Shown here piece by piece: positions 1 to 30,356 of a stretch of DNA of 64,000 bases. The notes under the pieces were generated by a model, which saw nothing but the letters and a program-made list of their open reading frames with translations, did no database searches and was not told the DNA's origin. The position numbers and the translations under genes were made by a program. Each line of letters opens with the position of its first letter. The first letter of the stretch is position 1. Source of the DNA: Podarcis cretensis (taxonomy: Eukaryota); NCBI GenBank assembly GCA_951804945.1, contig OX638155.1, positions 47,864,001 through 47,928,000 of the forward strand. Direction: 5' to 3'.

Positions 1-164
1 CTTTATGCTTAGTAAGTGTCTCTTGATAGGTTTATAATTTGAACAGGCAGTAACATACGGTATTTAAGCTTGGTGATGTATATTCATTTATGTTGGAAAG
101 TGGTTTAATTATTTCTTTTTTATGTCTGTGTTAAAAGCCTGGAAGTGCAAGAATAAGTTAACTT

Positions 165-298
165 GTAATAATGATAATAATGATAATAATTTATTTATAC
201 CCCGCCCATCTGGCTGGGTTTCCCAGCCACTCTGGGTGGCTTCCAACAAAACACTAAAATGCAATAACCTATTAAACATTAAAAGCTTCCCTAAACTT
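165..298 (-). mobile_element. 3' end fragment of a squamate non-LTR (L2/CR1-class) element with a (TAA/TGA)n tail
   Basis: aataataatttatttataccccgcccatctggctgggtttcccagccactctggg...aaacattaaaagcttccctaaac; related copy at ~52715-53000. Confidence 0.55.
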
Positions 299-1183
299 GT
301 AGGGAATATACATGCTCTATCAGGAATAGCTGAAATGTAAGCTGTTAAAAAGAATTCCATGATAATTTTGACAGGTTATCAAAACTAATAGCCAAATATT
401 AATATCATATATAGTTTGGATGCTACAGAATCTTCATGCTGTGTTAGAAATACGTGAGCACTGACATTAGTTTTCATCTAATGAGAGTAGAGCACAATCT
501 TCTAGTGTCTTAATATTTCGACTCTGTGTCCTCACTCCCAGAGTCTCATATGGTGGTCTCCTGATGCTAGCTGATATAGCATTAGACTTATTAGAGTAAG
601 TACATGCCATATGGGAAAAGATTCATGTTCTGATGATGCATTGGAATGGCCAGTCTGATAAGTACTACGTCCAAGATGGGAAACCTGTGGCTCTCCAGGA
701 GTTGTTAGACCACTGTTTTAATCATATCTCACCACTGGCCATGCTGGCTGGAGCTGGAAATGGAATCAAACAGCATCTGGAGGGCCACATGTTCTCTGTT
801 CCTGAATTACAATCATATTAGCAAAGTTAATTGTGACCTTGGCTATTACATTAAGTGTGTAATGATTCCAAGAAAGTCTTCAGTTAATTGTATATCATTT
901 TTCCATTGGGAAGCCTTCATCCCAGTACCCTTTTATAATACTTAATCAGTGCACAGTAGCAAATGGTTAAATTTTTGACTTCTCTTCTCATTTTCACAGT
1001 GACATTTTGAATGCAGTGCTCTTGGGTGAGATGCTTATATGGCTTAGATAGTGAGCTTATTTCAAGTGCTTATAAAACCATTATACAATATCCTTAGATT
1101 GTGGAGCAGTAAGCAGGTTTAGATTAGGTTGTCACTTTATGATTCAATAGGGGTGTTTTGTTTTGGTTTTGGTTATGTTTTAA

Positions 1184-19115
<17,932 letters not shown>

Positions 19116-22100
19116 TGGGCGGGATGCCTCAACTCTTTCTTCTCCCTGTTTCTGCACTCAGAGCAAAACTGTTAGGAGGAGCAGCTTCTCTACTGAAAAC
19201 AACCACCAGTGCCAGAGACACTTTTTCCACAACATCTAGAGTTGGTGGCAGAAAAACATTACCATCTTCAATGGTTAAGGGCAAAATTAGCCAAAAAATA
19301 TTAAGTGTCCTAGGGCCTAATCCAGTAGCAATTTCTCTTGCACAAGTCCTAATTGAGTGAGTGGGAGCTAGAAGTTGCCTAACTCCTGGGATAGATATGT
19401 GAAGGCCTGGGGCGATGGGGTCTGGAAAATTGGGTTAGGTCGTGGAGGGGCAGTTGTTACTCAATTATTCCAGCCCCCACCTCCCACTTGTCTTCATATC
19501 TCTACTCTGGGATTCTGTGGGATTTGTGCTAGAGGACTTCTCCAGGTTTGGAAGCCTTTGCTTTTGAGGTGTGTCTTTTTTGTTTGTTCTTAGACGAGTG
19601 GAACATATTTAGCTTGTGATTGTACAAATGAGCCTATAATAAGCACACTTTGACTTCTATAACAACATTGGCTCAGTTTCTGCAAAAAGCTTTTTTCTCT
19701 CATTTTGGATAGGTTTATTTGTTCTTTTGAAGAGGGATACCAACTGTTTGTTGAAACAGTACTGTGTAATTAATTGTTTGAAACTGTAAATAGGCAGAAA
19801 TAGATATTATTTTATTCAGAGGCCAACAAAAACAGAGCGAGGCTGGCAAGAATCAAGCCTGGCTCACTCACAGCACAGCAAACCTGCTCATTTAAGTTAT
19901 ATTGATCATCCAAATGCATGTGTAACAGAGCCTATCCCTATATTTATGTTAAATTGTGTGAAGATTTAGAAACTTCTATTTTTCAGCCAAATGTTTATTT
20001 TTTAAACCCTTAATAATTGTGTTACAGACATTTTTTATCTGTTTTAAATGGTACTGTTGCCTACTAGCTTTGCTGTTAACAAGGTGTTTACAAATTATCA
20101 CTCATATGTTAAATATAATGGGACTTGCCATGTGGCAGTCCAGACCTATGATGTCACTTATCTTTATTCCAGTTTGTTTTAGTGTTTTATTTTTAACAAG
20201 TAAGTGTTTTTTTAAAAAATCAAAAACAACTCAAACACCAATTTTTGGAATAGCAGTTTTCCTAAATACTTGGGAATTGTGTAACTTTATAGAACTGAAG
20301 TACCATTTTCTTTCAAAGTGGTTAGAGCCTTACTTTCACTCCTGGTATCTAGCTATAAACTTTTATTCTGGCACACTCTGAAAAATGCTTACATTGTTTG
20401 TACTTTACCTGACTGGCTGGCTCCAACACTTTCTTGGCATATGGAGAGTACAAATTTGTTGACCCTGATTCAGACCTTGGCAGGCTTCTAGTGAACACGT
20501 GGAGATAAATATAAGCAGGGGACTCCACATTTCACCTCCAGCTCTCGCTGATACTCCGTGTGGTGCAGTGCATATAGAGCATTCCCCAACCTGCATAGGC
20601 CTGCTCCTCAAACTGCCAAATATTGACTGGAGCTGTGGGTCAGATTGCCCTACTCTCCCTTTGGCCAGTAAAAAGCACTTCACGACAGCTGAACCTGCTG
20701 CCTTCAAAAAGAGAAGTTGAATGTTTAAGAGATGTAACTACACCTTTACTTTTTAGTAACACTATATGCTGTGAATATTTCTTTATTATTATCACTATTT
20801 ATTTCTTTGGAGGAGTCCCATTTCTCAATGGATTGACAGCTTATCTGCTTTGGTTTCATTTTGTAGACATGGGATGTTTGCTCTTTAGTTTGCTTTAAAT
20901 GGCAGGATTTGCCATTCTGTGTCTTGGCTTGGAGATTAAAAAAAACCACAAACCTGTTGGGATCCTTGCAGTAAATTCCTTGGAAGTGCAAGGGGATTGG
21001 GAAATTAGCAGCGCTCAAGAAAGAGACTGCAGTTGCCTTACAACAAGATGGTTTCACCCTTGGTGGTCACACAGAGAGTCAATGGGTATCAAACACAGCA
21101 GCAGCAGCATCCTCATCCCTGCATGGTCATGGGATCGGAGGATAAGCTTTCAATGTTGAGCTCATGAAACAGGAGCAGCCATCCTACAGCTACAAAATTT
21201 AACAAAACTTAAAACACGTAGTTGGTTGGGAGCTATATGCCTGTGTGAAAGCATTTTTGACCCCTGATTGCTTATGAATCTCACACACACACACAATTTT
21301 TCTGCTAGTTTTTTTTAAAATTGGTGCAAGCACTTTACCTTATCTGCAGTTTTTCTTTAGACACGAATTGGTAAGTTAAACTAGCTCAGCATCTTAGACT
21401 CTTGTAGAAGTTAACTGTTTTAAGTACACCTGTGCCATCTTACATGACTTGAGGATTACACACCAATAAATGCCTGAGCAAGGCTATTAAAGTTAGAAGA
21501 CTTTTGCACTGGCATGATGGGTTCATAGGAGGGGCTCCTCACAAGTGTCTAGATGATAAATAAAACAGTAGTGACCTGACCATGGGCCTATTGCTGTCGC
21601 CAGGTCTGTTTTGAGATGTGCTAATCCTGCAAGCAAAGTAATCTCGCCTTGTATGTTGACAGCGGCTCAGTGCCATCCATGTATTTCCCCCACTCCCACC
21701 CCTCTCGTGCACACATAGAAGAAACCTCTACCTTGTAAATGTCAAAGGTATTTTTATATTAGATTATGCCAGTGATGAGAATAATCTCAGCTGTATTTTA
21801 TGTAATTGGAATAAGTTTTTATACTTTATAGCTCGGAGGCATGGTCTAATAGCAATAACAGAGTAAGCATCTCATTGGTTTAATATATATATATATTATT
21901 AAGAATTTACCAGGTCTGGTATAATTTTGTTGTTGTTGATACCTTATCGCATTATGACGTCCTTCAAGTGAATAACTTGAATTTTTACATGTCACTTCAG
22001 ATTGTTTACTTTGGTGTGCTATAAATGTATTTAATTTACAGAACTTGTACTTTAAAAAATATTTCTGCTGAGTAAAATTAAGAACAAGATTTGAGGGTTT

Positions 22101-23270
22101 TCCCTTCTTTGTAATTACCCTTCAATTAAGTAGCCTTCTAGTGATAAATATGCATAGTTTTTCAAGGATACGTGGATGTTTATCAAAGTGAATGGTGTAA
22201 CTTATGGCCAAATTTGATGTGGTGCAGGAGACATGTGGAGGGTTTCCCAGTAGTTTTGTTTAATGCAGTTGCAAGGGCATTCATTTGATCAGAGTTGGAA
22301 GGAGGGTGGTGCTTAACCACCTACTGAGCAATACACACAAGCACTTGAGAGAATAAATACTAGGGCCTGTTACCTTTTTCCATTCTGGGCAGAAGGAATT
22401 TTGATGAGAGAAAGGATTAAATTCCCCTTCTGCTCTATTCAAATTAGGGTCATATCTAGGCTGGGTCTTTAGGCCTAGTTCTCCTCTGAGGTGGTAGGCC
22501 TGTGCTTGGCTTCTTTCAAGAAAGTCTGAGGAAGTGGGCTCACAGGATTAAATGTTCCTCTGTATTTGACAACCACAACACCACATAGAAGACTAGCTTC
22601 TCAGGAAAAGAAGTTTCTAACCTAGAATCCTTCTTCCTAACACCTAGTTTTCTGTGTACAGCTCAGATTGGTTTATCACCTCAGTGAGAACAAAGGCTGA
22701 AATGTTCTGGGCTGCCACCGGAACCTGAATGTTTGTTCTTCATGTTTTAGTTTCTCCAGGTTTTGCAGACTGAGTACTTCTACCATATTCAGCTCAGAAC
22801 TGATTCATACTTGCATAGAAATATCAGCATACAGAATACATGTGCAGATGTTGGTTGAATGGTGAGCATGCACTTAAAATTGCTGGTTTTCCCTAAATAT
22901 ACCTGGTTACAAGGGTGTGTGATTCTTTCCTTTTAGTTTCCCGTGTCTACTGTAGGGAAACCCAGCTGTTTAATAGTACTCATGCCACTCAGTTGATGCA
23001 CTGCCCATGTCTTCTGTAAGTGTAATTCAACCTATGAAATGGGTCTCAGTTGTGGCTTGGACAACAGTATTCCATATGTGCTGCAAAGACATGTTTCCCA
23101 TGCAAAATCTGTACTTGTTTACCGTTTTAAAAAAATGTTTTCCTTAAAAGATGTATTCACTTCCCCCCCCCCGGAGCCAAACACTTTATGTTCTGCCACT
23201 AAACTTTCAATGCTTGTTTCTTATATTTACCACATTGGTTCTTAAATAAAATCTGTAGAACATTTTCCTG
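19116..23270 (+). other. TTC39C: Probable TTC39C 3' UTR (~4.1 kb)
   Basis: Repeat-poor, U-rich sequence after the stop. AATAAA at 23245-23250 is followed by a T-rich downstream element. Earlier AATAAA at 21465, 21559 and 22352. Confidence 0.6.
23245..23250 (+). terminator. Candidate distal poly(A) signal of TTC39C
   Basis: AATAAA followed by cattttcctgacttgacctctgtttttt. Confidence 0.55.
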
Positions 23271-24593
23271 ACTTGACCTCTGTTTTTTAAATGCCATCCT
23301 GTTGTATCCCTCAGCACCTGCATAGATTACATCAGCGGCTTAGCCAGGAGGGTTGCTTGATCAAACAAATGTGAAAGGGACAATTGTTGCACAGCAAATA
23401 ACAGCAAAGTTAATGCAATAGAGGAGCAATTAATTAAATTGAACAAACTGTGGAAATCAAAAGAAAATTTATATTGAGTTAATTTTTTGGCTAGCCTAGC
23501 TCAGAGGAAATGGAGTGTGCTGGGCTTATAATATGATACAATAATATTTATCAATGAAATTGTACAATTTCACATCCCTCACTTGTGAACCATTGCATTG
23601 AAAACTGGTTCCCTTCTTTTTCTATTGGAGTGCCAAGACTGCCACAATTAGACTGGAAGCTTTGTAGCATAAGTTACACTCACAATAATTCATTCAGCAT
23701 AACTTGGATAAATTTTACATGGTATGAACTGGGTATGATTTACATTTGGAAGGGATTTCCCTCTAGATTAAGTTGCTTGGAGGCCTTGGAGTTTGTTTTG
23801 TGAGCTGAATTGTGCCACAGGTTGATCTGTGTTGTGTAAGTGGGTGAATGGTCTTTGTGTGCTGGGTTACGTTTAGATGGCCTTCAATCTCTTCCAGTGT
23901 AATGGTTGCATAAAATCCATTAGACTATGCACAGTGTTCGCTACTTCAGTTTGAGAATTTTTCAAAAATCACTTTGTTTAGATATTCAAGGTGGTGGTCA
24001 TACAAGGTTGTACAGACCTGCAGATAGTTCAGTGCTTTTAAGCCTTAGCTCAAACATAAGATAGGGAAATGCCTGAATAGATCCCAGCATTTTGAAAACA
24101 TTAGCATTAAAAAAAGGAATCAAAATACACGTATTAATTACCTGAGTGTTTGAATAATTCCAGATCTACAAAGTTCTACTTCTGCTTTCCATGCATATGC
24201 AGGCTTTGAAAACCTTTTATCTGCCTATACTCAATTGCTTACTCACTTGACTACTAGCTTTGCCAAGAGTCCACCTGCATTTACTCCCACACTTGTCTTT
24301 TACGTTCTCCTAAAGTCCTGAGTTACAGAGAATTGGTCCACAATGTTCAAAATCAGAAAATACATGACAACAAAAACCAGAACACTGTGAAGCCTCAAAA
24401 GCTTACATGAACTCCCCAGTGGAGATCTGTGCCTGCTGTGTTTCAGGATCTCTTCACATACTTTATTTTCAGGTGCACACAGAAGTCAATGTAGCAAATA
24501 AATGTTCGGAAAGCACATGCATCATATAGCTATACTCACAGAAGCGGATGCCAACAGTCCCCTGTTGACTTGCATGCAACTTGTTAATTTGTT

Positions 24594-24922
24594 ACCACAA
24601 AGCCTAGGGCTTGCAGATCAGAAGGTCGGCGGTTTGAATCCCCGCGATGGGGTGAGCTCCCGTTGCTCGGTCCCTGCTCCTGCCAACCTAGCAGTTTGAA
24701 AGCACGTCAAAGTGCAAGTAGATAAATAGGTACCGCTCCAGCGGGAAGGTAAACGGCGTTTCCGTGTGCTGCTCTGGTTTGCCAGAAGTGGCTTAGTCAT
24801 GCTGGCCACATGACCCGGAAACTGTACGCCGGCTCCCTCAGCCAATAAAGTGAGATGAGCGCCGCAATCCTAGAGTCGTCCGCGACTGGACTTAATGGTC
24901 AGGGGTCCCTTTACCTTTACCT
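24594..24922 (+). mobile_element. Sauria SINE, 5'-truncated, different subfamily
   Basis: agcctagggcttgcagatcagaaggtcggcggtttgaatcccc...ggtcaggggtccctttacctttacc. Confidence 0.92.
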
Positions 24923-25359
24923 ATGGCCCTTGGAAGGCGCTCAAGCAGTGAAATTATACGGATTTAATGGAGCTAGGGGAGAACTTAATGCTGAATAGCT
25001 GAGCTTTTCATGTTTATATAGCATTTCTTGACACATTGCGAGTGGATTTGAAAAGTCAGGCATTTAAGAAACATGTCTTTTGTACTCATATTCACATGCC
25101 TCCTGTATGTTGTCAATTTGTATGCATGCAGGCATCCATTTTGTTGCTGCTTATTTATAAAGCACCTCCAAAATACTGGAAGGAGAAAGGTATGAGTCTT
25201 CATGAGTGTGCAATCTAACCTTTGACAGCAGTATGAAGATACATTTTATAGGGGTGGGAGAAGCATGTTACAGATTGTAAACAATCTTTTCAGACAAAAC
25301 AATTTTTTAAAAACACATTTATAACCACCTTGCCTTCTGCTCGCTATTTTATCGCCAGA

Positions 25360-25470
25360 GGAACCCTGTAAGCTGGGTGAAGCTAAAATGCAGTGCTTTG
25401 CCCTAAGGTCCGCTAGTGAAGTTCATGCCCGAGTGGGGATTTGAACCCTAGGCACTATGCCACACCGTCT
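25360..25470 (-). mobile_element. Degraded tRNA-derived (CORE/MIR-like squamate) SINE fragment
   Basis: ggggatttgaaccc (reverse B-box) and accctgtaag core; similar + strand copy at ~58355-58490. Confidence 0.5.
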
Positions 25471-25659
25471 CTAATTGCCAATATAACTTGAATTTAAATG
25501 TGGGGAATTGCCTTTTGCCAGGACGGGGTCGGCCTCTTGTTGAACACCACAGGCTTAATAAGAGCTTCCCCCACTCGCTTCCCTCAGGTAAACGAGCGTA
25601 GCCAAGTCAGTTTCACCTGGGAATGCAAACAGTGAGGGACATATTAATTCTCTGTACTA

Positions 25660-26280
25660 TATAACTCGTCACGTGTAAAGCCACTGGCGGGTTTTTTATT
25701 GTAATAATGACGCGTTTGTGTAACGGCCGTGTAATAACTGCAGCTGGACCCCCGACGCCCTGACCCGCTTCGCGCCTGTTTCAGTGAGGCGCGCGCTCAT
25801 CTCGAGTTGGCTGCGCTGAGGGGCTTCGCGCGTATATCTAGAATAGGCCTGGCGAACGTCGGGGCCGGCCTCCCCGCCCTTTCCTTAGCGCTGGTCTAAC
25901 TCGGCCTTTGTGACCTCACAAATGCGTGCGCTCTAGCCCCGCCCACCAGGAGCATCTAGATATAAAAGGTCCGCAGGTCTTCTTCGCCGCTCCAGAGGAG
26001 GCTCCGGCAGGGGGCGAGGCGGGAGCTTTGGCGCAGCCGACTAGCGAAGTATTTTTTAAAGAAAGGTCGGGCGGCTTTCGAGCCAGCGGCGGTTTGACGA
26101 GCGAGGGAGCCACCTTGTGGCTGATGAGAACGAGCGGGTTGGATGGGGAGCAAACAAGGAGCCGAGTGAGGGGCGGCTTCCTGCGTGCAGGGCCGCGAAG
26201 CTGGGCGAGGGGCGTGCAGGGAAGGGCGTCCGGAGCCCAGGCCCGAGGTCTCGGGAGCGGCGCCCTACTACGGCTGGATG
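25660..26280 (+). promoter_or_regulatory. CABYR: CpG island / CABYR promoter and probable non-coding exon 1 (~25990-26165)
   Basis: CpG-dense, non-repeat segment 1 kb upstream of the first coding exon. E-box GTCACGTG 25668, MYB-type TAACGG 25721, GC boxes CCCCGCCC 25872 and 25937, TGACCTCA 25911, TATAAAAG 25961, donor-like ga|gtgagg at 26166. Confidence 0.8.
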
Positions 26281-27272
26281 CTTTATTTCAGTTGTGGTTA
26301 CCCTCCCCACAGGGAAGACTCCCAGCACATTTCTCTGCTATTTGTGTCTTATTATGGCATAAACTTCGCGGACCACTTTGTCCACTTCATCAGATTCATA
26401 TATGTATGTATGTGTGTGTTTGTGTAGATACACACACACATTTAGGTCTGAGTAGAAATATAGCTAGAAATACAATGCAGGTGTGGTGATAAGGATGTAC
26501 TTAACTGTTTTGTGAATGTGCATAATTAATACTTTCTGCATTTTATTTCCCTTGCTGACCTCACTTTTTACACCCCCACCCCCCAAAAAAATTTCCATAT
26601 GTGTTGTGTAACTCAGTATAACACTCCATGCATCTGATAGAAGCTTATTCCATATTAAATTTGTTAATCTGTAAGGCATTGTAAGAGTCTCTGGACATCT
26701 TCCACCTGTTGCTATTTACAGGTGTGATTCAAGTGCATACCTGCAAATTCAGGTGGTGCTTTTTGTGATTCGGAGAGTGATGGGGAAATACCTTGGAAAG
26801 TGAGGTGTGTAACCCTTCGCACAAACGTACAAACAAATCAATAGGAATGCTCAGTAAGCGGGTTTGGAAGCAACTTCTGTTGTTTTTGCTGCAGAAGTCT
26901 AACACCTCTTGAAATGCTATCTTGTATTGATTTTTGTTAGCTGCCTTGGGAGGGTTTACCCTAATAGGCAGAATATAAATGCACGAAATGACATCATTCT
27001 ACAGCTACCCTTGGGGGTGCAAGTAGTTAGCAGTGTGAACTGGGCAAGGAGGGAGGTGTGGATTGCAGCCTAACATGGTTTCCCCTTCAAAAATTCCCGT
27101 AAGAGGTCTACACATGTCCACAAGAGGCCCTGAAAAATCACTGTGAGTGATACATTCCATGTGGGTTATGGGTAGAAAGTAGTTATGTAGATTGTAGAAA
27201 ACGCCAGTTTTTTTCATCCAGTTTCCTTTCCTTACAGTTGTGAAATTGCAGTATTGTCTTCAAGTGGCAACA

Positions 27273-27420
27273 ATGCATACCACAAAGCCCAGGATGGTGG
27301 TTCCTTATGGCCTCAAGACACTACTTGAGGGAGTGAGCAGAGCAGTTCTGAAAGCCAGTCCCTCTAACATTACTGAATTTGCTGCTGTGTATTTCAGGGA
27401 ACTGATACTTTTCCGAGAAG
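27273..27420 (+). CDS. CABYR: CABYR first coding exon (RIIa D/D domain); exon begins 27238
   Basis: cttacag| acceptor ending 27237, acaATG start, gaag|gtttgc donor, phase 1. Confidence 0.94.
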
Positions 27421-28012
27421 GTTTGCTTTTCTTCTTTTTAAGTTAAATACTGTACTAGTTTATAGAGCAATTCAGTGACATTATGGACTAACTGTACTGC
27501 CGCAATGGCTCCAATTTGTAAATTGTCAGCAAACCACTCCCTTAAGCCTTTGTAAAATCTGATATCCTGAATTAAAATTAACTGGCTTTTCCTGCCTTTT
27601 TCCCCCCAGACCACCCTAATTTAGACATTAAAGACCTGGTGAGAGAGTTTCATATGACTAGAGGTAAGACATTAGCAGCAAAGCAATAGTTCTTGGGGCA
27701 ATAACTAGCACAGGCAGATGCATGCCATACATTTAAAGCACAGCCAACACACAGTTAAAGGACATGACTTCCCCCAAAGCATCCTGGGAGTGGTAGTTTG
27801 TTAAGGGTCCTGGAAATTGTAGGTGGGGGGACTACAGTTCCTGAAATTCTTTGGGGAAAGCAGTCTGCTTTAAGCGTGCATTGAATGCACTTTATGGTGT
27901 GGATCATTAGTGTTTTTATAGTTGTTCTGATTTTGAGTGGAGTGCCCTACCTGGGTGGATGGAGCAGCCAAGTAATTTTGTTGTCCCCGAGAGGGGGCAA
28001 TGACAATAAAGA

Positions 28013-28057
<45 letters not shown>

Positions 28058-30314
28058 CATCATTCCTGCCTTCCCTCCCTCTTTTTAAAAGAAATACAGT
28101 GCAGCCACTGAGGGTGCTATTTGAAGTGGAAACTTGGCATGGGGGAAAAGGGGCTCGCCTCCTCATTCCATTTTCCAACAGAAACTTGCCCCATACAAGA
28201 AAATGCAGCTTGGGAAGGGTGCTTTTCACCCTGGAAAATCAAATATCACCAGGAAAATTAAATAAGAAACCCTCCTTAAGTGTTACTGAATTAAATACGA
28301 AAAGTGCCAAATCAAGCAAAACATTGATTGTTAACCTTTTAATTGCAGTAAAGATTGTCCTTCCTTGTATTGGGGGGAAATCAGCAATCTTGTGTTTTAG
28401 CACATGTGTTTTTAAATCACTAGGAATTATATGTATGAATAAACTATATAGAATATATTGATGCACTATGCAAACTGTATTTCTTTCTAAATGATAGCCT
28501 GCAGTTTTTGTATTGGAATCATCATTTTGGGTTAAAAAGACTTGATATCTCTGTTTAGAGAATATTGAACCGTATCATTAGTAGTAGTAGTAGTAGTAGT
28601 AGTAGTAACAGTTGTTATCAATTGTAGCAATAGAAACCCCTTTTCTGCCACATCAGTCTTCCACTTATAGCCTGAGTCCTGGAATCTCATGCCTTTTAAA
28701 ATATGCTACATAGCAGAGCCGTTGCTATGGGGGTGGAGGAGACCTAGCCAGACTTTTTGCCCCGGGTGAAGCCTTCAGAGGGGCGCCATTGATGCTTCCA
28801 GCCTCTCTGTGTGTACACAAATGCACATGGTCAGGTGTGTGTATGTGCCAAACTGGGTCTTTGACCTGGGTGAAATAAAGCCTAGTTTCGCCCCTGTAAA
28901 CAGTATCACAGAACTACTGCAATGTGTTATTCTGTCTCCCTCAAAAAGGGATTATAACTGAGGCAGCTAAATTGGATTTGGAGAGATCCCCTGTTAAATG
29001 GCAATTTGAAGAGACACTGTTTGAGTCATCAGTCAGGGATGGTGGAACTTGTGGCCTTCCAGAGGTGGTTTTGATACAACCCCCACCAGCCTCAGACAGC
29101 ATGGCCAACAGTCAAGGATGGTGGGAGTTCTAGCCCAGCAACATTGGAAGGCCCCACAGCTTCCTCATCCCTGGTAGAAAGTTGACTTGTATTTTTGTGG
29201 GAAATATGCTGCAGGTTGGGGAAGTTTATTCATGCAGTCACAAAATGCCCCGTCCCCAAATATGTCCCTGATCTATGTTGTAAGGCAGAGGTGGCCGGAA
29301 GGTAGATCTCTTGAGTGATTCACAGCAGATCCATGAGGATTCTGATGCCCAGTTGTTTAACAATAGCAACAACGAAAAGGTCTCCCCTGCTTTCTAAATT
29401 AGGCTGCTGAGTGGATGGGAGAGGAAAACAAGGAGTGAATAGTGCACATGCAACTTGTCAAATGGACATGTGGCCACAGGGGGGCAGCTTCCTCATAGTG
29501 GCTATTTAGGGTTATTCGGCCTTGAGATCAGATCAGGCCCATGACCACTATTTGGTAATAGTCCAGAAGCAGATGAATTGTTTTAAGTAGAAAGGATCCA
29601 CTTACGATTTGTAGGAACCTGGGGTTTATAGAAAGTAGTGCTCAGCAGACACCTTCCATAAAGAGCACAGCTGCCTAATACTGAATCAGGCCAGTATCTA
29701 CCTCAGTATTGTTGATACTTGACTAGTGGAAACTTCCCAGGGTTTTGAATAGAGGTCTTTCCCAGTCCTGCCTGGCAGCAGTGGGGAGCAAACAGCGGAC
29801 CTTGTATATGTATTTGTTCATAAAAACCCCCACTTGCATATGAAAATTAAATAAAAAATAGCAAAGTGGTTTGCAACAATTACATCTGTACAATTGAAAC
29901 CACATTAAAAATATAAAAATCACAGATCATGAGCTAACTATTACAGGAAGAGGTTTTAAAAAATGCTTGCTCTGTCACTGAGCTGTAACCCCTCTCCAAA
30001 GGAAATAAGTGGTTTTATGGAAAGGGATTAATGTTGTCTAGGTCATTATGGCATTTCTTGTTCAGCATTTAAAGTATAAAGCGAAAGTATTTTAAAAAGC
30101 CAGTCTTTGGGGAATTGCAGAAAACCGGCTCCTATTGTGCAGCCTTGAAATGACAAGTGGACACTATTTGACAGTTGAATGTATGGAACAACCTCAACGT
30201 TTCACAAACTCCATGTTAGCCGTTCATTGAGTTCTCCCAGCAATTAATAAATGTTAAGCTTTTCAAACTAAACTAGGAAGTTGGTGGTTTTAAGCAACTG
30301 CAAGTTGGTGGCTT

Positions 30315-30356
<42 letters not shown>

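Noticed and set aside
25916-26489. Cluster of overlapping ORFs up to 187 aa
   Set aside because: Stop-poor CpG island; no recognisable protein.
27870-28461. ORFs with poly-Leu (signal-peptide-like), poly-Ile or poly-Asn
   Set aside because: Translations of an (ATT)n microsatellite in a CABYR intron.
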